The notes: generated by a model not told the origin, from the letters alone. DNA of 52,287 bases from an uncultured Bacteroides sp. (GCA_944320735.1 CALUIQ010000192.1:1-52287), one strand, 5' to 3'. Positions 43,529-52,287 are shown, counted from the stretch's first letter. Program-made: numbers and translations.

Positions 43529-43553
43529 ACTAATTTATAAATAGATAGGAAAT

Positions 43554-43784
43554 ATGAAGAATCAGAAACGTGTCACACGTCGTGAGGCTCTCAAAAAGAT
43601 GGGCATATCGGCGCTTGCGCTGACAGGTGGAGCACAAGCTGTTGCCTTGCTGACACAATCTTGTTCAAACACAAATGGAGAAACATTCCCGTTGAAAGCC
43701 GATTTGGATTTTACCGCGGAGTCTTTTCGTCCATCTTCAACATCAGTGTCGGTTGCGGAGCTGTTGTCGAAGGAGTGGCGTTGA
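43554..43784 (+). pseudogene. Short ORF with a twin-arginine signal peptide; probably the truncated 5' end of a larger exported protein
   Basis: TRREALKKMG, a hydrophobic stretch and TQSC; its 3' third overlaps an MFS remnant in another frame. Confidence 0.55.
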
Positions 43785-43885
43785 CCGAATTGTCGCTTGC
43801 TAATGTAGGATATGTGGGAGGTTGCATTGCGATTCTCGCTTTGCTCTTCGTCTAGAAGCGATTGCTGCCTTGGTTCGGGCGATAG
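43718..43885 (+). pseudogene. 3' remnant of a SotB/YdeA-like MFS sugar efflux transporter
   Basis: Frame reads GVFSSIFNISVGCGAVVEG...NVGYVGGCIAILALLFV*KRLLPWFGR*, resembling SotB TM11-12 (FSGIFNIGIGAGA...IGYVG); in-frame TAG at 43853. Confidence 0.65.
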
Positions 43886-43943
43886 TTGATTGAGAATTAC
43901 TCATCCGCAGATATAATATAAACTAAATTTGATTGGACGCTTA

Positions 43944-45632
43944 ATGGAATATCTATATAACTTATTGGAAACGATGCGTGACTGGGGGCATGACGGAGTG
44001 GTGGTATCAGTATTGATCTTATCGGTAGTCATCGCATTAGGTATCACGTTGAGTAAAATCCGATTAGGGGGCATCTCCTTGGGTGGAGCTTGGATTTTGT
44101 TTACCGGCATTGCGTTCGGGCATCTCGGTTTGGGACTGGATGCAAGACTGCTTCATTTTCTAAAAGAATTCGGATTAATCTTGTTTGTCTACTCCATCGG
44201 GTTACAAGTAGGACCTGGATTCTTCACCGCTTTCCGAAAAGGAGGAGTGGCTTTGAATTCACTTGCCGTCATTTCTATCCTGCTCAGTGCGGGTGTGGTA
44301 GTGATACTTTATTGTGTAACGGACATTCCTGCAACGGCCATAGCAGGTATCTTCTCTGGTGCTGTAACCAATACACCCGGAATGGGGGCAGCACAGCAAA
44401 CATATAGTGACTTATATGGTGCAGACGCTGCTGACATCGCTACGGGATATGCCGTGGCCTATCCTGTAGGGGTAATAGGCACTATCCTGTCTTTGATTGC
44501 GCTTAGGTATCTGCTCCGCATTCATGTATATCGGGAACGAGTGGAAGCGGAACGATGTTTTGGCAGACCGCAGGAATTGGCTGTGCGCACTCTGTCTTTA
44601 ATCGTTTTGAATGAAGCTATCGAAGGCAGACGAATTCGGGAAATAGTTCCTTTACTGAACCGCCGCTTCGTTATCTCCCGCATTCGACATCAAGGAGATA
44701 AGCACGACATTAAACTGGTGGAATCCGAAACGGTACTCCGCTTGAATGATCATATTTTGCTTGTCACATCCTCTACCGATGCGGAAGCCGTTGCGGCCTT
44801 CTTTGGCCGGGAAGTTTCTACAGATTGGGAAGATACAAACCTGAATCTGATGGTGCAACGCATTGTATTGACTCGTCCGGAATTGCAAGGACGTACATTG
44901 GCACAACTCAACCTGCGACAGAATCTGACCGTGAGCATCACCCGCATCCAGCGTGCCGGAGTGAATATTGTGGCTGCACCACACATTCCCTTGCAAATGG
45001 GTGATCGGCTGACGGTTATAGGAACTAAACAAGCGATGGCTAATGCAGAAAAAGAATTGGGAAACAGTTTGAAGCATCTGGATAATCCCAACTTATTGCC
45101 CATTTTTACTGGCATAGCAATCGGCTGTTTAGTGGGATGTATTCCTTTAGCCATTCCTGGGCTTTCTCAACCTGTAAAACTTGGTTTGGCGGGTGGACCG
45201 TTGGTGATTTCCATTCTGCAAAGTCGTTTCGGACCTTCTTATGGGATAGTCACTTATACAACAGCCAGTGCCAATCTGATGCTACGTGAAATTGGTATTT
45301 CTATGTTTTTGGCTTGCGTAGGGTTAGAGGCGGGTAAAAGTTTTGTCCCAACACTTTTACAAGGTGACGGACTCTTGTGGATGGTCTATGGAGTGGCTAT
45401 AACCATTATACCTTTGCTATTGAGTGGCTTAATAGGACGTATGATATTCCGTCTAAACTATTACACTTTGATAGGAGTGCTGTCCGGTGCCAATACCAAT
45501 CCTCCGGCTTTGGCTTATTCCAACAGTCAGGTTTCATGTGATGCACCGGCAGTAGGTTATGCCACCGTTTATCCCTTGTCCATGTTTTTACGGATACTGC
45601 TGGCTCAGTTATGGATACTGCTAACTTGTTAA
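43944..45632 (+). CDS. YidE/YbjL (AspT/AAE family) transporter with TrkA-C domains
   Basis: EFGLILFVYSIGLQVGPGFF, GAVTNTPG, GYAVAYP, LGLAGGPL, GANTNPPAL, YATVYP. Confidence 0.93.
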   Translation: MEYLYNLLETMRDWGHDGVVVSVLILSVVIALGITLSKIRLGGISLGGAWILFTGIAFGHLGLGLDARLLHFLKEFGLILFVYSIGLQVGPGFFTAFRKGGVALNSLAVISILLSAGVVVILYCVTDIPATAIAGIFSGAVTNTPGMGAAQQTYSDLYGADAADIATGYAVAYPVGVIGTILSLIALRYLLRIHVYRERVEAERCFGRPQELAVRTLSLIVLNEAIEGRRIREIVPLLNRRFVISRIRHQGDKHDIKLVESETVLRLNDHILLVTSSTDAEAVAAFFGREVSTDWEDTNLNLMVQRIVLTRPELQGRTLAQLNLRQNLTVSITRIQRAGVNIVAAPHIPLQMGDRLTVIGTKQAMANAEKELGNSLKHLDNPNLLPIFTGIAIGCLVGCIPLAIPGLSQPVKLGLAGGPLVISILQSRFGPSYGIVTYTTASANLMLREIGISMFLACVGLEAGKSFVPTLLQGDGLLWMVYGVAITIIPLLLSGLIGRMIFRLNYYTLIGVLSGANTNPPALAYSNSQVSCDAPAVGYATVYPLSMFLRILLAQLWILLTC

Positions 45633-45652
45633 AAAAAACATCTAATGAAACT

Positions 45653-45703
45653 AAAAGAAAAGAGGATGTCGTTCTCTTTCGAGTGACATCCCCTTTTTTC
45701 TTT
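45653..45703. terminator. Bidirectional intrinsic terminator between the transporter and rpmA
   Basis: AAAAGAAAAGAGGATGTC ... GACATCCCCTTTTTTCTTT. Confidence 0.8.
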
Positions 45704-45722
45704 ATGAAGCTAATCAGAAAAC

Positions 45723-45995
45723 TTATGCTTCTGCAGTACTTTCTGCCGGAATGACAGAAACGTAGCGTCTGTCTTCGCGGGTTACTTTGAACTGTACAGT
45801 ACCATCTACCAAGGCGTAGAGAGTGTGGTCGCTACCCATACCGATGTTTCTGCCCGGATGGAATTCCGTACCTCTCTGACGAACGATGATGTTACCTGCC
45901 TTGCAAGCCTCACCACCGAATATCTTAACGCCTAATCTCTTACTTGCTGACTCACGGCCGTTCTTAGAACTACCAACACCTTTTTTATGTGCCAT
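45723..45995 (-). CDS. rpmA: 50S ribosomal protein L27
   Basis: [26 protein letters not shown]. Confidence 0.99.
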   Translation of the reverse strand: MAHKKGVGSSKNGRESASKRLGVKIFGGEACKAGNIIVRQRGTEFHPGRNIGMGSDHTLYALVDGTVQFKVTREDRRYVSVIPAESTAEA

Positions 45996-46017
45996 TTCTT
46001 CTTACTTTTTAAATTGA

Positions 46018-46335
46018 TTAAGCTACTACTTCTTTGATTGTTAACTCTGTGAACTGCTGACGGTGTCCGTTCAGTTTGCGATAACCTTTTCTTCTCTTCT
46101 TGTGGAATACGAGCACTTTGTCGCCCTTTACCATCGGAGAAACAACTTCGCAAACAACCTTTGCACCTTCTACGGTAGGCAAACCTACAGTGATGTTTCC
46201 GTCTTTGTCAATCAACAGAACTTTTTCAAACTCAACTGTTGCACCGGCTTCTGCGTTTTGAATGTGGTGAACAAACAGCTTTTTGCCAGCTTCTGCCTTA
46301 AATTGCTGGCCTTGGATTTCTACAATTGCGTACAT
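46018..46335 (-). CDS. rplU: 50S ribosomal protein L21
   Basis: [28 protein letters not shown]. Confidence 0.99.
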   Translation of the reverse strand: MYAIVEIQGQQFKAEAGKKLFVHHIQNAEAGATVEFEKVLLIDKDGNITVGLPTVEGAKVVCEVVSPMVKGDKVLVFHKKRRKGYRKLNGHRQQFTELTIKEVVA

Positions 46336-46424
46336 TTTATATATAATGTATAAGTTAACTCCGCCGGGTGGTCTCTAATCACTTAGAAATCTCTTTGTCG
46401 AACCCGGTTAGGAATAATCGGGCA

Positions 46425-46456
46425 CAAAAGTACTGCTTTTTATTGAACCAACCAAA
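46425..46456 (-). promoter_or_regulatory. Consensus promoter TTTG-N20-TACTTTTG of rplU-rpmA
   Basis: CAAAAGTA at 46425-46432 and CAAA at 46453-46456 on the + strand. Confidence 0.75.
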
Positions 46457-46552
46457 CGAATGCGGTTTTATTTTGAAATATTTTTAAGCAAGCTTGACTG
46501 TTTTCCGCTCGATTTGCACTACCTTTGCCCCGAATTTAAATAGACAAACACA

Positions 46553-47191
46553 ATGGGCTATACCACTTACCTTTTCGACTTTGATTATACGTTGGCCAAC
46601 TCTTCGGCCGGCATTGTTCTCTGTTTCCAACACGTGTTGCAACGCCACGGTTACACCGGAGTGTCCGATGAAGCCATTAAGCGTACCATCGGCAAGACGT
46701 TGGAAGACTCTTTTTCTATTCTGACAGGCGTGACCGACCTTGTCACTCTGCAGGCCTACCGGAGTGAATATGTGAAAGAGGCCGATGTGTATATGACGGC
46801 CAACACGGTACTCTATCCCGAAACCCATTCGACCCTAAAGGTCTTGAAGGAGGCCGGGGCGAAAACGGGTATTATCTCTACTAAGTTTCGTTATCGTATC
46901 CGTGAATTGCTGGATAAGAAACAGCTTACCGATTTGTTTGACATCATCGTAGGAGGAGAAGACGTAAAAGCGCCCAAGCCTTCACCCGAAGGGTTGCTGT
47001 TTGCGATTGGGCATTTGGGGGTGTCCAAAGAAGAAACGCTTTACATAGGCGATAGCGTAGTGGATGCGGAAACGGCACTTGCCGCCGGTGTGGACTTTGC
47101 GGGAGTGACACACGGAGTCACGACTGCGGACGAACTGGCTCGTTATCCGCATCGCAAGGTGATGCGTTCGTTGGAAGAGTTAATAGGTTGA
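46553..47191 (+). CDS. HAD-IA family hydrolase (phosphoglycolate phosphatase-like)
   Basis: FDFDYT motif I, IST, KPSP, GDS..D; -7 box TACCTTTG at 46520-46527. Confidence 0.92.
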   Translation: MGYTTYLFDFDYTLANSSAGIVLCFQHVLQRHGYTGVSDEAIKRTIGKTLEDSFSILTGVTDLVTLQAYRSEYVKEADVYMTANTVLYPETHSTLKVLKEAGAKTGIISTKFRYRIRELLDKKQLTDLFDIIVGGEDVKAPKPSPEGLLFAIGHLGVSKEETLYIGDSVVDAETALAAGVDFAGVTHGVTTADELARYPHRKVMRSLEELIG

Positions 47192-47209
47192 GCGATGTAC
47201 GAAGTAAGG

Positions 47210-47269
47210 ATAAAAGGCAAAGCATCATTGGATAAATGACCAAGTATCCAATGATGCTTTGCCTTTTAT
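47210..47269. terminator. Perfect 25-bp-stem hairpin; bidirectional terminator at the edge of the AT-rich island
   Basis: ATAAAAGGCAAAGCATCATTGGATA, a 10-nt loop, then TATCCAATGATGCTTTGCCTTTTAT. Confidence 0.88.
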
Positions 47270-47295
47270 TCAATACTGTGAAAAAAAATCGTTTG

Positions 47296-48978
47296 TTATA
47301 GTGATATCTTGAGACAATCTATTTCACAGCTTTGGGAAGTTGCCAACTGAACATCTTCAATAGTTACATATCCATAACCGGCATTCTGAATGTCGGTAAA
47401 TGTCCAATTGTTTGGACGGGCGGTTTGATTTGTATAACTATGAATCGGTACAAAACTTTTTCCAGAATAGGATTTCACTTCGCCTTCTTTTCTTATAGTT
47501 GCCAATACTCTAAATGCGATATGGTCTCTTACGTCAAACTTGCAATCTTGAAATAATAAAGCCGGAATATTTGCTTGGTATGTTCGATTGGGTAATTTAG
47601 TAGAGTACACTATACAATTATTCGATTTGTTTTCTACTTCAGTAGCATTATCTATATATAAACTTGTTCCTTTCGGAATATATACACCATAATTATTGTA
47701 ATCAGTTGATATGTCGTATGTAGAAATGATTTCTTCAGCATTTAGAGTAACTCTTACGGGTGTTAAACTATAATGCACATTGGCGTCTAAATCGGGGTTA
47801 GTTACAGTTTGATAGGTTGGTTGAAAGAATACATTATAAACATAAAAAAGTTTTCCACTTGTATTCTGTGTCCATCCTTTTAGCTGTAAAGGAGCATTCA
47901 CATTATACTCGGGAACTGTCTTTAGATTCCAAACGCCTAATCGCTTTCCCAAACCGTCCAAAGGTACGCCTGCAATGGGCTTAATCATACCAGATGATGG
48001 CTGTGAAGATTTACCGGTGACAGTTATTTTACCGTTTGTACTGAACTGTAAATCATATGAAGTATGAGTACTTCCTACCACTGAATTAAAAATTAAATTT
48101 AATCCGGCTGAAATAAAACCGGAGATACCTTTCTCTATTAATGAAGAAATTCCGCCAATAATTATTTTGATAGGTTTGCTTGCGTCAGAGCCAATATTGT
48201 TGTTTATCCAATTTTTTCCGGCATTACCAAAAGCATTGGCAATACCTTCGATCGGATTTGAAGAATCATTGGTAGATGTTACGATTGTCCCTTCTGAAGT
48301 TGAATTGTACGCTCCTGTGAACTCGTAAGTTGATTCGTTGAGCGCATAGCCTGATATGCTGAGTTGTTCGTTCATGCTATTCTCATCGTAAGCTAGCTCC
48401 ACCATAAAACAATTCCAACCTTGTTCAAACCCTTGTGTTAATCCATTTTTTGTTATGGCTGATATGCTAATCTGATAGGGTGACTCCGTACTATCCAATG
48501 GCTTAGCAAATTCGGGAACAAAATTAAATAATTTTGTTCCTCCATCTATCGAAAGTAGCCAATAAGCATTGTTGTTACTGTTAACGTATGATTCAATATA
48601 TAAGAATCCTTTTAATACTCCAGTATATTGGTTGTAGAATAAAATATAGTTGAGTCCTTCGTCTGCATTGGTTACTGTTTCATCATAGCCAATAATATCT
48701 ACGTTGGTATATAGTATTTCCCAATGGTTTTCTACACTAATCTCAGTTCTGATGTCATCCGGAACTGTAGTGGAGATGGAGTTAGCCCAAGGTGATAATA
48801 CTTTTTTACCGCTTTTTAGTATGCATTCCTTACATTCTATCCATGGTTTGTTAATATTAGAACGTGTATTGGCCGAAGTTCTGGGTATGTTTTGTTCTAT
48901 ATATTCATCCATAGAATTTTGGCATGAATAAAGTGTAATAATAAGACTATAAAGGATAAGTAAAACTTTTGTTTTCAT
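47296..48978 (-). CDS. Hypothetical lipoprotein (about 560 aa)
   Basis: MKTKVLLILYSLIITLYSC lipoprotein signal; long ORF in AT-rich DNA; no recognised family; alternative ATG at 48987. Confidence 0.8.
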   Translation of the reverse strand: MKTKVLLILYSLIITLYSCQNSMDEYIEQNIPRTSANTRSNINKPWIECKECILKSGKKVLSPWANSISTTVPDDIRTEISVENHWEILYTNVDIIGYDETVTNADEGLNYILFYNQYTGVLKGFLYIESYVNSNNNAYWLLSIDGGTKLFNFVPEFAKPLDSTESPYQISISAITKNGLTQGFEQGWNCFMVELAYDENSMNEQLSISGYALNESTYEFTGAYNSTSEGTIVTSTNDSSNPIEGIANAFGNAGKNWINNNIGSDASKPIKIIIGGISSLIEKGISGFISAGLNLIFNSVVGSTHTSYDLQFSTNGKITVTGKSSQPSSGMIKPIAGVPLDGLGKRLGVWNLKTVPEYNVNAPLQLKGWTQNTSGKLFYVYNVFFQPTYQTVTNPDLDANVHYSLTPVRVTLNAEEIISTYDISTDYNNYGVYIPKGTSLYIDNATEVENKSNNCIVYSTKLPNRTYQANIPALLFQDCKFDVRDHIAFRVLATIRKEGEVKSYSGKSFVPIHSYTNQTARPNNWTFTDIQNAGYGYVTIEDVQLATSQSCEIDCLKISL

Positions 48979-49020
48979 AAATGTCATGTTATTAGAAATG
49001 TTTGTTAAAACATTAATTGG

Positions 49021-49941
49021 TTATTCCTCAATATTGCTATACCCATATCCTTCCTGTTGATTAGTCACACAAACGTCATAATATTCTTTCCATCTATCTA
49101 ACATTAGTACGGAATCTGGGACTTCTCCTGACAATCTGTTTCCGGAGAGAAATGGGGGAGGACCTACAAAATCATCTTCCCATACCTCGAACGGGAGTTC
49201 CGTTATATTATTATCTCTACAGTTAACATTCATTTGTGGCTTGTTCAGAATTTCTATGGGGAAACGTCCGGACAGCTGGTTGCCGTTCAGGTACAACAGG
49301 TCTAATTTGGGCAGATTCTTTAAGCTTTTCGGAATTTCTCCGCTCAGTTTATTGCCATATAAGTGCAAGTAGACGAGGTTTGACAAATTTCCAAGTGTTT
49401 CCGGAATACTTCCCTCAATGTCACAATTGGTAATTTTAAGTACTTGTAGTTGGCGTAAATTCCCTATTTCCGGAGGAATTTCCCCATTAAGATAGTTGTC
49501 TCCAAGTACTAACAATTCTAATTTCGTCAGTTCCCCTATCCACGAAGGAATATTGCCGCTCAACGTGCCTCCGGGAATTGCCAATTTACGTAGTTCCGTC
49601 AGTTTCCTGAACTCTTCGGAAATCGTATTTTTGTATCTACCGCCATAGGATTCGAATCCGGTTATCCTTAATTCATTCTTATCCAAATCCAACATTGTCT
49701 CTACTCCGTTCCAAGTGTGTCTGTCAGTTAAATCCCATTCGACACTCCATGGCCCCATGGCTTTGTAAATGTTGACCATGGCTAAACTGTCCGAAACATT
49801 CAGTCTGAGTTTCGTCTCATCAAAATGAGGACTCTCGGGAGGATTTTCAGGCGTTTCTGTCTCTTTATCGCATGATACGATAAATAGGGACAATAAAAAC
49901 TGTGCGCAAATAATTTTTGCAATGAATAAAAGTGTTTTCAT
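49021..49941 (-). CDS. Leucine-rich repeat lipoprotein (plant-type 24-aa LRRs)
   Basis: Lipobox IVSC; repeats such as LELLVLGDNYLNGEIPPEIGNL, LVYLHLYGNKLSGEIPKSLKNL, LYLNGNQLSGRFP. Confidence 0.9.
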   Translation of the reverse strand: MKTLLFIAKIICAQFLLSLFIVSCDKETETPENPPESPHFDETKLRLNVSDSLAMVNIYKAMGPWSVEWDLTDRHTWNGVETMLDLDKNELRITGFESYGGRYKNTISEEFRKLTELRKLAIPGGTLSGNIPSWIGELTKLELLVLGDNYLNGEIPPEIGNLRQLQVLKITNCDIEGSIPETLGNLSNLVYLHLYGNKLSGEIPKSLKNLPKLDLLYLNGNQLSGRFPIEILNKPQMNVNCRDNNITELPFEVWEDDFVGPPPFLSGNRLSGEVPDSVLMLDRWKEYYDVCVTNQQEGYGYSNIEE

Positions 49942-49947
49942 ACTATG

Positions 49948-50322
49948 TTAATTAAAAGATTCATAATAAAATTCTCCCTCAAGTTCTGTTTTCCCATCCG
50001 AAATCCAAAGAGTGTACGTCCCATCCAAGAGTTCTGCAAGTACTATTTGAATAGTATTTCCTGCAATTACATTACAAGATCTTGTGTAGACAGAAGTTCC
50101 CATTTTATCGATAATTTCTATTACAATGGGTTTGCTGTCTCCCCAAAATTCCAAATTAAGTTCCTTGCTTTCATCATTCCAGTAAGCTTCTACGGGAATC
50201 ACTTGGCTTAAATCACGGTCTTCGTAACTCTGTTGTTTGCTCAATTTAATGCTTTTTGAATTGGCATTAATCATCAAGGGAATTAGCAAACAAACGCCTA
50301 GTAGTACATGTTTTAGTCTCAT
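49948..50322 (-). CDS. Small secreted Ig-like protein (DUF3244-like)
   Basis: Signal peptide; PVEAY..L.L.F...I.I.I.D..G..VY...I.L..L..G.YTL.I...LEGEF pattern. Confidence 0.8.
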   Translation of the reverse strand: MRLKHVLLGVCLLIPLMINANSKSIKLSKQQSYEDRDLSQVIPVEAYWNDESKELNLEFWGDSKPIVIEIIDKMGTSVYTRSCNVIAGNTIQIVLAELLDGTYTLWISDGKTELEGEFYYESFN

Positions 50323-50489
50323 AATAATTAGTCTTTTTGATTAATACTTCCGTAAAAATAGAAAAGACTGAGTGGGAAATGAAACCAAAGTGAATTTATT
50401 TGCTATACAATCTTTTGTTGATTTTCAGTGATTTAGAAAATCTGAGCTATACATAGATTTATGTGAATTATGATCTAACGCATTGGAAA

Positions 50490-52106
50490 CTAATAAGATA
50501 TTTGGCTTTGACAATAGCTGGTTAAAATGTCGATAAGTCTGCTCTCTTTTTGCATTTCCGTAGCCAGTTTTTGTTTGATACGGTTGCGTTTTACAGATAC
50601 CGAGGTAGGCAAAATACCCAATAGGACAGCTTCATCGTTACTGTCAAAACCGAGTATATGCAGGTAACAATATTGCCATTCTTCATCTGTTAAATGTGGA
50701 CATTGCTTGAAAAGTAAATTATGAAAGTGGGGGTAAATGATATTAATTTCCGTAGACAAAGCTTTCCATAGTTTTTCATTTAATAGAGCTTTACTTTTGT
50801 TCGGCTGTTTTTTACTACAGAGTGAAGTTAATTTCTTATAAATGCTTGACGATGTTAACTGTAGTTGTTGTAACCGTTGATATTGCTCGGTTAGGAAAGT
50901 TATTTTGTTTTGGAAATGCATTCTTTCTTCTTGATTATTATTTTTCAAAATGGTTAATGTATGTTTTGTTTTTTCCAATTGTGCAATGATTAGGATTCGC
51001 TCTTGGTTCAGTCTGTCCATCCGTTCTTTTTGCCAATGAATTTTTTGTTTGGCATCTTTTCTATAGAAATAGAAAATGAGACCGCCTATTAAAAAGCAAC
51101 AGAATAGAATAATCATATAGAGTAGATAGCGTTGGCGGGCATTTTCAAGCCTTTGATTTTCTTCTTGCATCTTTAAGTTATTGTATTTTTGCTCAACCTC
51201 TAATACGTCTGCTTTACTTTGTGTGATAATGATGGAGTCATAAATAGTAAAACTGATTTCTTTGTAGTGAAGCGCTTCTTTATAATTTCCGAGGGATTTG
51301 TATATTTCGCCGTACATATCATTTAAAGTATAGTCGTTTGAATCACGTGGATATAGTCGGTCTACTAAAGCTTTGGCAGACACGGGGTCTCCCAAGGCTA
51401 TATAAGATTCAGCTAAGCCTATGGAATCATAAGTACGGTGTCGGGTGTCAAGTGTTATACCTCTTTTAAAATAATAGACAGCCGAGTCGTAACGTTGTTC
51501 TAAGTAATGGATATTGGCTCGTGTATTGGCTATGTTATAATCCAATCGCTGTACTTTTATTGCTCGGGCTATTGAGTCGACTTTTTTCATAAGCAGTTTG
51601 GCTATAGAAAATGAATCGATAAAAGCGTATTCTGTTGCTAAATGATTTAATGCATAAGCTTGGCTGAGGGAATTACCCGCTTGCGAAAAAAGGGAAGCAG
51701 CTTCTGCGTATTTTTCCCGAATTTTATCCGAAAGATGATTAATGCGATATAAATCAGCCATATATGTACAAATGTATCCGGCGATGTTGTACTGCTCGTG
51801 TGTTTGTGCCAAACGCAGAGCATCTGCATATGTCTGCATAGCTAAATCATATTTTTCCTCTTTGGCATAGGCACGTCCCAAGAAGAGAGCGGCTTGTGCT
51901 CGTTCTCTGACAGATTCGTGCCGATCTATCCATGCTTTTGCCTGTTTCCATTGTTCAGAAGATAGTGTATCGGCATGGGTGTAATGGGTTGCACGTCCTT
52001 GTTCCATACACCAATAGGCGAATTTGTAGTCGCTTGACTTGCTTTTGTCATTGTTGCATCCAGTGGTAAGGAGCATAAATCCTATCAAATAGAATAGTAT
52101 TTGCAT
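50490..52106 (-). CDS. TPR + transmembrane + C-terminal LuxR-like HTH regulator
   Basis: Lipobox-like LTTGC; TPR-like repeats; EVEQKYN coiled coil; TM YLLYMIILFCCFLIGGLIFYFY; LTDEEWQYCYL..LGF...DEAVLLGI...SV...RNRIKQKL. Confidence 0.85.
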   Translation of the reverse strand: MQILFYLIGFMLLTTGCNNDKSKSSDYKFAYWCMEQGRATHYTHADTLSSEQWKQAKAWIDRHESVRERAQAALFLGRAYAKEEKYDLAMQTYADALRLAQTHEQYNIAGYICTYMADLYRINHLSDKIREKYAEAASLFSQAGNSLSQAYALNHLATEYAFIDSFSIAKLLMKKVDSIARAIKVQRLDYNIANTRANIHYLEQRYDSAVYYFKRGITLDTRHRTYDSIGLAESYIALGDPVSAKALVDRLYPRDSNDYTLNDMYGEIYKSLGNYKEALHYKEISFTIYDSIIITQSKADVLEVEQKYNNLKMQEENQRLENARQRYLLYMIILFCCFLIGGLIFYFYRKDAKQKIHWQKERMDRLNQERILIIAQLEKTKHTLTILKNNNQEERMHFQNKITFLTEQYQRLQQLQLTSSSIYKKLTSLCSKKQPNKSKALLNEKLWKALSTEINIIYPHFHNLLFKQCPHLTDEEWQYCYLHILGFDSNDEAVLLGILPTSVSVKRNRIKQKLATEMQKESRLIDILTSYCQSQISY

Positions 52107-52152
52107 AGTGATGTGATTTTATAAGGAAACAGACAAATAACTGAATCCTTGA

Positions 52153-52189
52153 TACGATTAGTAATCGTCATGCGGTACGATTAGTAATC
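52153..52189. repeat. 14-bp direct repeat (23-bp period) with an internal palindrome upstream of the TPR-HTH gene
   Basis: TACGATTAGTAATC at 52153 and 52176; ACGATTA-G-TAATCGT dyad at 52154-52168. Confidence 0.75.
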
Positions 52190-52287
52190 ATTAGTGGTCG
52201 AAAGATTTTAATTAATTAATTACCAACGTTTTATTTGTTTCGATTATTTTTGCTACCTTTACAGCATAGATAAATGTAGTAAAAACG

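Noticed and set aside
47270-52287. Prophage or ICE origin for the AT-rich island
   Set aside because: No integrase, transposase, tRNA att site or phage gene is visible, and the other boundary is outside the window.

Overview
This is a chromosomal segment of a Bacteroidaceae-type bacterium, judged from SusC/SusD, a hybrid two-component system (HTCS) and TAnnTTTG -7 promoter boxes. Left to right: sufE, an M28 peptidase and an LD-carboxypeptidase; a polysaccharide utilization locus (HTCS, SusC, SusD, GH20, GH29, GH2 with a ricin-like N-terminal domain, Ser-type sulfatase) consistent with sulfated/fucosylated host glycans; an AAA-ATPase/PD-(D/E)XK nuclease gene in a cluster of repeats beside an internally deleted HlyD mini-gene; a core block (ptb-buk, NtrC-type regulator and kinase, PIF1-like helicase, Sua5/YciO, nagB, flavodiiron protein, radical SAM, DPP-IV, lipA, serS); an accessory block between serS and rpmA (AraC, MATE, putAbiC-like protein, a Tat-signal/MFS deletion chimera, YidE/YbjL transporter); rpmA, rplU and a HAD hydrolase; and an AT-rich island (TPR-TM-HTH regulator, DUF3244-like protein, plant-type LRR lipoprotein, unknown lipoprotein). 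The most unusual signal is non-coding: several intergenic elements share one architecture, inverted arms built from tandem 7-9-mers, but use unrelated unit sequences. One family brackets the four-enzyme PUL cassette as direct repeats and the AAA-nuclease gene as inverted repeats. No rRNA, tRNA, CRISPR array, integrase or transposase was recognised. All family calls come from motif recognition by eye; no database search was run.
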